Shown: piece by piece, positions 11,601 to 20,241 of the stretch
Numbering within the stretch: position 1 is the first letter of the stretch
Layout of the letters: each line of letters begins with the position of its first letter
DNA from: Cyanophora paradoxa CCMP329
Lineage: Eukaryota; Plantae; Glaucophyta
Direction of reading: 5' to 3'
Length of the DNA stretch: 64,000 bases
Assembly (NCBI GenBank): GCA_004431415.1
Contig: QPMI01000408.1
Location: 186,001-250,000 of the forward strand
The notes under the pieces: model-generated
What the model was told of the DNA's origin: nothing
The model's database searches: none
Seen by the model: only the letters and a program-made list of their open reading frames with translations
Program-made: the position numbers and the translations under genes

Positions 11601-14119
11601 GGTTCCGGATGTGCACCGACCAGGCCGCGTTCTTTTTTGCGCCCCTGGGCGACACCGGACCGAGCTCCGCCCCACCCCGCCCCGTGGAGGAGATCCTGAG
11701 AGAGCGGACGGCGAAGATCGCGGCCCAGTGCCCCCGTCTCGTTGCGGAAGACTTGGAGCTTCGCTCCGAGCTCGCCCTTTTCTCGAACAAGGAGTACGCC
11801 CTGGACGTCCTCGTCCACGTGCAGGCCTACATCATCGCGAACATCGAGGCCTCGGTCCGCTACCCCATCAGCGCCTTCCACGCCAAGCTGCGCAGCCTAA
11901 GCCCGGCCTCCGGCGTGTACTGCCTCGAGCTCAGCGCGTTCGACTTTGCGTTTACAGTCTCCAAGGACGAGAGGGGTTCCATCAAGCGGAAGCTGCGCGA
12001 CTGGGACAACGAGACGCGGGATCGGCACATCGCCTGCCCCGTCGCGAACGCCCCTTCCGTGCCACCCACCGGCAAGGTCGCGCGCGAGCTCTACGACGTC
12101 TGCAAGGGCCGCTGCGGCGACCCTGGCGAGGCGCTCAAGCTCAGCGCGGAGCGCTCCGTCATGCTGCAGGCAAACTGGCTCGGCGAGCACGACGCGACGC
12201 TGGCGGTTGCGCGCGAGGGGACCGTCAACGGGAACCCGGTCCTGCGGCGGATGAAGCGATTTTCGCGCTCTCTGTACATGGCGTGCGGGCTCTGGGTGAG
12301 GGAGAAGCACGAGCAACCCCACCACCCGAACAGCACCGTCGAAACGAACGAGCTGCGTGCCGCGGCGCTGCTCTTTGAGACGCTCGGCTGGTCGCTCCCC
12401 GTGGTCGTCAGAGGCCGCGGGGAGACGCTCTCCATTACCTTTAACGCAGACGCCCGCCTCGAAGAGCCCGACCTCCCTACGCTGGAGCGCGCCTTTGCGC
12501 TGATCGACCGCGAGGATTGCTTCCGGCTCGAGGATCGAAAACGGTGCATCGAGGGCGCGCTGGCGTTGCTCCAAAAGGCGGAGGCAGAGGCCGGAAAGAC
12601 CCTCCTCGAGCGTCTCTCCCGGCCTGCCAATGAGAGCATCGAGGAGCTGAAAATTTTCTGGAGGGCCGCGCGGTCCCTGTCTGCGGCAAACGCGGACGAT
12701 ATCGAGCCGCGCGTGCGGAGCATCGTCGAGGGCTTGCGAGCGTGCGGCACGATGCGGGACCTGCTCGAGCTCGCCAACGGGTGGAAAGCCGACCCCGCCG
12801 CGCACTCGGCCGTCCTCTGGCTCCACACGGCCCTCTCTCCCCCGGCGCCCGGGGACGGGCCCCGCGCCTCGCCCGCGTACAGCCCGCGGGCGGCCCGCGA
12901 CCGGCTCCGCGCCGTCTGTGCGGACGGCGATGCAGAGGCGCGGGCGCGACAGGCGGCGAGCCTCGCGGGAATCGACTTTGAGCGGGCGATGAACGAGGAG
13001 GGGGTCGGGCGGGAGCTGGACCGCCTGGTCTGCGCCCTGCGCTGCTGGGGCGGGCCGCGGTTTGCAGAGGATGCCGAGGGGACCGTCCCGCTCGGCGCAA
13101 GCAAGGACTGGAAGTCCATCGAGGACGTCTGCGACCGCGCGGCGGCGGCCTGGGGCGTCCGGATCATGCTCGTTACGCCGATCGGGGCCGCGAGGGGCGT
13201 TCGGCGCACGGTGAACGTGGACGCGGACGGGGACGCGAAGATGGGCGAGGCGATGGCGATCGCGGGCGGACGCGAGAGGGCCCGTCGCAAGGTCACGGGC
13301 GCAGAGGCCAAAAAGTACCTATCGTACGACGCCATCGACTTGGTGAGGTGCTCGCGGCACGTCTGGTCGATGACAAAGCACGTCCTCGACGATACGAGAT
13401 TGGATTCTGCCGACGCGGTCGCGTACGGACAGATCTGCGCCGCTATGGAGGGCCTGAACGTTGCAGCTGCCGTGGTGCACTGCGCCCGCAGCCTCGACGA
13501 GGAAGGTACCGTCCCCGGGCAAGTGGAGACCGACGTTCCCCCCAACGAGCGGATACCCCACAGCGTGTACGCGACCGGGGCGCTCCAGGATCTGATCGGC
13601 GTCGAGACGCTGGCGCACGTGGGAATTCATCCAAAGGTCTGGCTCGAGCTGGTGCGGGACTCGACGCTCGCGCAGGCGAGCTGGCCGGTCTGCGACGGAG
13701 CAACGCGCAGCGCCGCCGACGTCGCGCGGGCGGCGCTGATCGAGCACGAAAAGGCGGGCCTCCAGCTACAGCACTGCGCAACGCTCGAGGACGCCCAGTC
13801 TCTGTTCGAGCTGATCCGAGCCAAGGGGTGGTGGTGCCACCAGGCGGTCGGCGCGCCGAGAACGCTGTTCGTGCCGAGCTCCGAGCTGACGAAATGGTTT
13901 CCCCCGTCCAAGGGAGAAACCTACGGGTTCTGCCGGCGGGGACGCTGGAACGGGCGCGCCAGCGTGAACATGTGGCTGGAGACCGCGGCCGATGCGCGGA
14001 TCGCCGAAGGAGAAACAGTGAAGATCCCGGAGAGCCAGAAACCCCAGCATGGGCGACCTCAGGGCTACTACTTTCCCAGGTCGTTCTGCGCCATTTTTGA
14101 CGAGTCTTTCTGTCCTTAA
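8653..14119 (+). CDS. Large (~1,799 aa) SF2 helicase of herpes UL9 / origin-binding-protein type; exons 8653-11424 and 11492-14119
   Basis: Motif I APTGSGKS, II VFIDEA, III CMDAD, IV KKVFFVSNT, V YDLVCVNG|VCPQGADF and VI YQRLRRFR. A 67-nt intron (GTGCGT...CTGAC...GCGCAG, 11425-11491) joins the two ORFs in frame inside motif V. Confidence 0.85.
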
Positions 14120-14222
14120 TGAACGAATTTCAAATGATTCCACTCTGTGGTATAATCATATGATGAACAGTAGATAATGCCGCACCTGCGCGTCTAGTTC
14201 TAGCTAGCTCGGGCGGCTCCAA

Positions 14223-14446
14223 CCCCGTCGGAGACGGGCGGGCCATCTCGCCGCGGCTGACGGTTTGGTTCGAGCTCGAGGCGGCCCCGTTGGAGACGGG
14301 CGGGCCATCTCGCCGCGGCTGACGGTTTGGTTCGAGCTCGAGGCGGCCCCGTTGAAGCCGGGCGGGCCGTCTCGCCGCGGCTGATGGTTTGGTTCGAGCT
14401 CGAGGCGGCCCCGTTGGAGACGGGCGGGCCATCTCGCCGCGGCTGA
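14223..14446. repeat. 62-bp tandem array (type A, ~3.6 copies)
   Basis: CCCCGTTGGAGACGGGCGGGCCATCTCGCCGCGGCTGA... units start at 14223, 14285, 14347 and 14409. Confidence 0.95.
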
Positions 14447-14476
14447 CCGTCTGATTCTAGCGCGCGAAGTTTGTAG

Positions 14477-14551
14477 TTGGCCTGTACATCACCATTAACT
14501 CTGATCGCCATAAGTTTTCAAAAAAATGGTTAATGGTGATATAGAAGCCAA
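14477..14551. other. AT-rich inverted repeat core, copy 1 (origin-like)
   Basis: ATCACCATTAAC (14488-14499) pairs with GTTAATGGTGAT (14529-14540), with outer TTGGC/GCCAA arms. Confidence 0.7.
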
Positions 14552-14639
14552 TCTACTTGCTCAGTAGAGGACGGGCTCTGACTGCTGGCGGCAGACGCGC
14601 AGTTCAGGCTCGCTGGCCGATCGCTCTCTACAGGGACGG

Positions 14640-15250
14640 GGACGGCAGACGCTCAGGTCGGGCCTGATGGACGGACGCCTTCTAGCAGGACGGCGACGTC
14701 GACGTAGGCGAGGACGGCAGACGTCCAGGTCACGACTGATGGACGGACGCCTTCTAGTAGGACGGCGGCGTCGACGTAGGCGAGGTCGGCAGACGTCCAG
14801 GTCGGGCCTGATGGACGGACGCCTTCTAGTAGGACGGCGGCGTCGACGTAGGCGAGGACGGCAGACGCTCAGGTCGGGCCTGATGGACGGACGCCTTCTA
14901 GCAGGACGGCGACGTCGACGTAGGCGAGGTCGGCAGACGCTCAGGTCGGGCCTGATGGACGGACGCCTTCTAGCAGGACGGCGACGTCGAGATAGGTGAG
15001 GACGACAGACGCTCAGGTCGGGCCTGATGGACGGACGCCTTCTAGCAGGACGGCGACGTCGAGATAGGTGAGGACGACAGACGCTCACCTCGGGCCTGAT
15101 GGACGGACGCCTTCTAGCAGGACGGCGACGTTGAGGTAGGTGAGGACGGCAGACGCTCACCTCGGGCCTGATGGACGGACGCCTTCTAGCAGGACGGCGA
15201 CGTCGAGGTAGGTGAGGACGGCAGACGTCCAGGAGGGGCCTAATGGACGA
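14640..15250. repeat. 72-bp tandem array (type B, ~8.5 copies)
   Basis: GGACGGCAGACGCTCAGGTCGGGCCTGATGGACGGACGCCTTCTAGCAGG... units start at 14640, 14712, 14784, 14856, 14928, 15000, 15072, 15144 and 15216. Confidence 0.97.
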
Positions 15251-15486
15251 TCGCGTTCTTCAGTGACTTGGTATCAGACGCCCAGGTCGGGCCCGATGGT
15301 CGATCGGCCTTCAGAGAATGCCGACAGTCTCAACCAGTTGTTCGAGATCCCAGTACAGGGGGGGTAGGGGTGGCGAGGGAATGATCATGAAAGACCTGCG
15401 TGCAAAAAATGCCCCCTCGTGAGCTATAAAGGGCAAGTTCCAACTCGATAAAAGGATAACCGAGCGCACTCACCGCGACCGTAAAC

Positions 15487-17292
15487 ATGCAAGACGCTTC
15501 CCGCTCCGTTGTTCGACGTTCCTTTGTCCGGGCCCGCCGCCCCGCGTCGCGTCCCGCCTCCCGGGGATTCGACCTCGAATGCGACTCGTCTCGGACCCCG
15601 ACGGCCGAGATTCCGTCCGACACGCTCCTCGGGCAGATCGCCCTCCTTCCCGCCGGCATCGTCGAGCTCGTCATCTCTCGAATGGCGCGGACGGTGCGCG
15701 TCGCAATGCTGGGCGCCTCCAAGAAGACTCGGCAGCTCGCCCTCGAGTCCGGCTCCTCCGGCTGGAAGGACGCCCTCTTTGTCGACGACCTTCGCGACGC
15801 CCACCGCACGCCGACCGCGCAGCCGCCGCGGAGGCTTCTCGCGGGGCGCGAGGACGGCGCGTCGATTCCTCTGCCGCGGCACCACACGATTGTCGCCGTC
15901 GTCACCTCCAAGGACGTAGAGGGGAAGTGGATTTGCGCGTGGCTCCAGAGGTCGTCGTCTTCGTCGTCGCAGGTACTGCTCCGCTACGGGCCCGATGGGC
16001 GCGGGGAACGGATCGCCCTGCCCATGGACGCTCCCCGCGCGGAAACGCACTGCAAGGACAGCGTCGCCATCCGAGACGACGGGACGGTCATTCTAGAGGC
16101 CGAAGGGCGGCTCGGCTGGTGGATCTGGCCCCCGGGCGCCCCCCACCGGCTCGTCAAGCCGAACATCTCGTGCGTCGTTGCGTGCTGCCCCTCGCCCGAC
16201 GGTAGCCGCGTCGCCATCTGCCGCCTGGTGGGCCGCCGCCTTTTTGTTCGCTTCGTGGACGCTGATGCTTCGGCTGCGACGGCCGAGGCTACCCCGGACG
16301 TCGACGCCGGGTCCATCGACGGGGACTCGGATAGCATTCTCGACAAGTTCTCACGTGACCTCGTTCACGGCCTCAATATCAACAACCACCCGTACAACTG
16401 GATGCGGGTCGAGGAGTGCGGGGCATCGCACAACTTTACGTGCACATGGAACGCTTGCGGTCGCGCCGTGCTTGTGACGGTCGAGGTATGGTTCAGTGTA
16501 ATCGATATCGATGGCCATGGTCTACTGTGGAACACCGTCTTGTACATCGCCTCGGTGGCGGCGAAGGGCCTCGCGCGGGCGTGCTGGTGGGCCGCCGGCA
16601 GCTGGGACCCCAAGAAGAACGCGGTACGAGTGTGCGGACTCGGAGAAAACTGGCTCCTGCTTGCGTCGACGTCGGCCGCAAAGGGTTTTACTCACTGCTG
16701 GGACGATGACGTTGGCAAAGGCGAACCGTTCTACCTGTACTACTTCGTCCCGCCCGTCCTTAATAACGCCGCGCGCTCCATGCTCAGGCTGCGCATGCGG
16801 GGCGTGCCCATCAACGGCTGGTCCTGGTTCGTGCCCGTTGGCGATTGGAGCTTTATCTACGCGGAGAGAGGCGATCGTCCATTCCTCGTCACTCTGCTTC
16901 ACGGCGATGACATCCCCTTGTTTCGAGATCTTCCCGTCGATCTGCACCGCCATAAAGTGCTTCTCCGCGGATACTCGTCCCTGTTTACTTTTGGTCTCGT
17001 GGGGCGCCGCGGGCTAGTGGTGTGCGCACAGGACCACCGCTTTCCCGCTTCCCTCTGCGGGCAGTCCTCCAAAGGTGCCATCAAGTACGTGCCGTGGGCC
17101 GTCCCCGAGACGTCGACGTCAACGATTTTGAACCATTTGGACGAGCGTAACGAGATCCTCCGGAGTGCTGTCGTAGGCCCGTTCGATGGGGATTTCGCCT
17201 TGAAGAAAGTTCTTGCCAACATGGATGAGCTATGGACATTCGTGAGCTCCGTGTATGAACCGACCTCGGCTTTGGGGCCGGCGCTTTTGTAG
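15487..17292 (+). CDS. F-box-like protein with probable beta-propeller C-terminal region
   Basis: LLPAGIVELVISRMARTVRVAMLGASKKTRQL fits F-box spacing; VVACCPSPDGSRVAI is WD/propeller-like. Intronless 601 aa, with CGATAAAAG 41 nt upstream. Confidence 0.6.
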   Translation: MQDASRSVVRRSFVRARRPASRPASRGFDLECDSSRTPTAEIPSDTLLGQIALLPAGIVELVISRMARTVRVAMLGASKKTRQLALESGSSGWKDALFVDDLRDAHRTPTAQPPRRLLAGREDGASIPLPRHHTIVAVVTSKDVEGKWICAWLQRSSSSSSQVLLRYGPDGRGERIALPMDAPRAETHCKDSVAIRDDGTVILEAEGRLGWWIWPPGAPHRLVKPNISCVVACCPSPDGSRVAICRLVGRRLFVRFVDADASAATAEATPDVDAGSIDGDSDSILDKFSRDLVHGLNINNHPYNWMRVEECGASHNFTCTWNACGRAVLVTVEVWFSVIDIDGHGLLWNTVLYIASVAAKGLARACWWAAGSWDPKKNAVRVCGLGENWLLLASTSAAKGFTHCWDDDVGKGEPFYLYYFVPPVLNNAARSMLRLRMRGVPINGWSWFVPVGDWSFIYAERGDRPFLVTLLHGDDIPLFRDLPVDLHRHKVLLRGYSSLFTFGLVGRRGLVVCAQDHRFPASLCGQSSKGAIKYVPWAVPETSTSTILNHLDERNEILRSAVVGPFDGDFALKKVLANMDELWTFVSSVYEPTSALGPALL

Positions 17293-17544
17293 ACAGGTTG
17301 CGTACGGCAAACGGCAAGTTTTAGAGCTATTGTGGGTCCTGAATTTGAACGTCACGCGGCGAAATCTGAGATGGTGAGGGGGCGGATGCGCTATCGATTG
17401 GCAAGCAGACGGGCGTCGCGCTGTGCGCTCGAGCTCCGGTGCAAGGCTGGCGCTGGGCCGGTGCGGGGCCGGGGGAGCGGGGCGTCGGAGAAAAGAAAGC
17501 CCGGAGGCGGTGGCAATGAGGAAGGCCGGGGCGGGCTGGAGGGT

Positions 17545-18320
17545 CTAGCCTGATGGACGGACGTCTTTGCCGGAAATGGTGACGGGAGCGGGCCCAGTAG
17601 ACGCTCCAGGGATCCGGTAAAGTCCAATAAACGGACGCCTTCTGCGAGGACGGCGACGTCGAGGGGAGTTTTGTTTCGAGCTCGAGCCGGTCCCGTTGAA
17701 GCCGGGCGGGCCATCTCGCCGCGGCTGGTCGTCAGAGGCGAGCGCGGGGTGGCCCCGTTGAAGCCGGGCGGGCCATCTCGCCGCGTCTGGTCGTCAGAGG
17801 CGAGCGCGGGGTGGCCCCGTTGAAGCCGGGCGGGCCATCTCGCCGCGTCTGGTCGTCAGAGGCGAGCGCAGAGCTCGAGTGGTCCCGTTGAAGTCGGGTG
17901 GGCCATATCGCCGCGGCTGACCGTCTGATTCTAGCGCGGGAGGTTTATAGTTGGCCTGTACATCACCATTAACTCTGATCGCCATGAGTTTCACATAATA
18001 GTTAATGGTGATATAGAAGCCAATCTACTTGCTCTGTAGTAGACGGGCTCTGAATGCTGGTGGCAGACGCGCAGTCCGGGCTCGATGGCCGATCGCTCTC
18101 CACAGGGACGAAGACGGCAGACGCTCAGGCCGGGCTCGATGGACGCGTGCCTTCTCAGGGGACGGCGACGTCGGCGTAGGCGAGGACGACAGACGTCCAG
18201 GTACGGCCCGACGGACGGACGTCGACGCCTTCTAGGAGGACGGCGACGTTGTCGTAGGCGAGGACGGCAGACGCTTAGGTCGAGTGCAGTCTTCTAGGAC
18301 GGCGCCGGCGACGTCGACGG
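17545..18320. repeat. Second, diverged copy of the A-array / AT-rich inverted repeat / B-array module
   Basis: 62-bp units at ~17692, 17754, 17816 and 17884; inverted repeat core 17951-18023 with the same 12-bp arms; degenerate 72-bp units at ~17548-17665 and 18110-18320. Confidence 0.9.
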
Positions 18321-18855
18321 GGGCGGAGGCGCACGGTAGACACTCGGGTCGGCCGGGAGGTTGGAAACACGCAGGCATGTGGCTGCGGCTGTATGGATCT
18401 GTTCGAGTGTGTTGCCGCAATCGTCTCCGGATCCTCACTTGCCCATTGGTCGGATAAAGGACAGATGCCGCGGCCGATGGCCCCATCCGCGATGCCAGGT
18501 AACCTCCAGCACGAATAGCTCGTCGTTCGGCAACGGGTGCGTTCAAGAACGTTGCCAGACGGACCGCGTTCACGATGCGCCCGAGGTCCCGCTCGGCTTC
18601 AGGTGCGAGGAGCGCACGGACCACGTCCGATTCAAAGGGCACTGGGACGTCGCACGGAGCGTCTCCTTTGCACGCGAGAATGTCGCATAGGTACGCCGAG
18701 TCGAGCACGAGCTCGCCTGGGACCGGCCCCACGCGGACCTCGTCACTGCACAAGAACGCCCAGGTTGCGATCGCGATCGGCGCCGGCTCCGATTGAGGCC
18801 GAAGCTTAAGATCACAATCCGATCGCATCCATTTACGCTCGAACCACATATACAT
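18232..18855 (-). CDS. Skp1/BTB-POZ-like protein (start and end uncertain)
   Basis: FLCSDEVRV...ELVLDSAYLCDIL...DVPVPFESDVVRALL...VRLATFLNAP resembles the Skp1 POZ domain and its LILAANYLNI helix. Confidence 0.55.
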   Translation of the reverse strand: MYMWFERKWMRSDCDLKLRPQSEPAPIAIATWAFLCSDEVRVGPVPGELVLDSAYLCDILACKGDAPCDVPVPFESDVVRALLAPEAERDLGRIVNAVRLATFLNAPVAERRAIRAGGYLASRMGPSAAASVLYPTNGQVRIRRRLRQHTRTDPYSRSHMPACFQPPGRPECLPCASAPVDVAGAVLEDCTRPKRLPSSPTTTSPSS

Positions 18856-19127
18856 ACAAATGCATTACAATTTGCATGGTTTCCTCCAATACGATACACA
18901 CAGTTGCACATCTAGACAGTTACCGTAGTACATGCATGTATATCAAAGGCGGCAGCTGTATACATAAACGTGGCCGCAAGTGCGCGCGTACGCTTTTAGT
19001 CCTCAGATCTAGAGCTCGAGCTCAAGACATAGAAAATCGCTCGCGATCGATCCGATGATCACGATCGGCACCCGTCGGCAGCCGAGCCGACCGCACGCGC
19101 GGAGCGGCGCACATGGCCTGCTCTGTG

Positions 19128-19886
19128 CTAGCGATTTGCGTCGCTGTTGCGGGCGTTGCCGCGCAGCTCAAAGATCGCGAGTCGAAGCGACGATACCGAG
19201 ACGCACATTTCGCGGGCGGACTTTCGGAGCACCACCGCGTTTCCTTCGCTATCTGCCTTGGCGATGCACACGGCTGCGGCTGCGATGATGACGGGAGAGC
19301 GCCCGGAGCGATTTCCGGCAGATTGCACTAGCTCTTCGGCCCGCGCGATCCCCGCCTTGTCGAGGCCCACGAGGTCGCCCAGGGGCAGCACGAAATCCTT
19401 GGCGCGAGCGCCGGGACCGATGGCGTAGCTGTGGAGCAGCCGGAAGCATTGCAGCACCTCCCTCCTCGTCGCCCCGGACGCGCACACGAATTCGTTGAAG
19501 CGGCGCGCGGCCCGGAGTGCGAGGTTCGCCGAGAAGAGGGCGGCGGCCGCGAGCGGCGCGTAGCGTCGCCCGTTCACCACCGAGCACTTTGCGGCGAGGA
19601 GCGCGGCGGCTCGGTTACGGAAGGACGCGGGAAGATCGAGGCGATCCGCAATCGTGTCGATCTCTATCAAAAGGTTCACGCGCGTGACGAGCACGTCAAC
19701 CTCCCGTTCTAGCTCTAGCTCCGTTTCGCGATCGAGCGCCAACGCCGGTGACATCGCGGCTTCCTCTTTGCGGACCTCGCCGAAATCGCGACAGCCGTCC
19801 GAGGCCGTGCAAGAGTGCGGGCGCTCTCGCGCGTCGAGCCAAGTGCAGCTCGCGTCCAGGACCAGTCCGCACACCCCGCAGGACAT
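19128..19886 (-). CDS. TFIIB-like transcription initiation factor (true start may be further upstream)
   Basis: Half Zn-ribbon CGVCGLVL; two cyclin-fold repeats IDTIADRLDLP..RNRA, GRRYAPLAAAALF and GRSPVIIAAAAV. Confidence 0.85.
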   Translation of the reverse strand: MSCGVCGLVLDASCTWLDARERPHSCTASDGCRDFGEVRKEEAAMSPALALDRETELELEREVDVLVTRVNLLIEIDTIADRLDLPASFRNRAAALLAAKCSVVNGRRYAPLAAAALFSANLALRAARRFNEFVCASGATRREVLQCFRLLHSYAIGPGARAKDFVLPLGDLVGLDKAGIARAEELVQSAGNRSGRSPVIIAAAAVCIAKADSEGNAVVLRKSAREMCVSVSSLRLAIFELRGNARNSDANR

Positions 19887-20241
19887 GCCGCGTCGCGTAG
19901 ATGGGGACGGGCGAGGTCGAGTCGCTTCCGTCGCGAAATCGGGGCGTCTGTGCACGTTCTGAGCGGCGGCCCCGCCGGGCTCGACGGCGCCACTGCGTCG
20001 CGTCGGACCCAATATTTCTTGGCGAGTCGTCCACGGGTATACGACGTCGGCAAGGGTTCTTTTAATTTGACGTCGGCGTTGCACACTGGGCTCGGTCCAG
20101 CATAAAACCCTGCGGCGGGGCCGTTGACGCCAGCGAGGGCGGGAACGAAAGCGATACACTCCTTCCTCTAACTATCTTGTTCGATGGGGTAGACCGTCGG
20201 AACACGAGTTCGTTGAACAACGATAGCGCTCCAGCTCGAAC

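Noticed and set aside
2045-13545. Long antisense/overlapping ORFs (2045-3616, 5502-6920, 8542-10212, 12091-13545)
   Set aside because: Stop-poor shadows of GC-rich genes on the other strand, with no recognisable motifs.
13960-14070. AEP primase motif in the helicase C-terminus (DARIAEGETVKIPESQK)
   Set aside because: Loose resemblance only; I found no convincing upstream DxD/E and His motifs.
14223-15250. CRISPR array
   Set aside because: Units are contiguous 62- or 72-bp repeats with no unique spacers, there are no cas genes, and the context is eukaryotic.
1-18320. HSV UL9 recognition box GTTCGCAC in the arrays
   Set aside because: Not seen in the repeat units. Occurrences near 35563 and 41730 are in host genes and look incidental.
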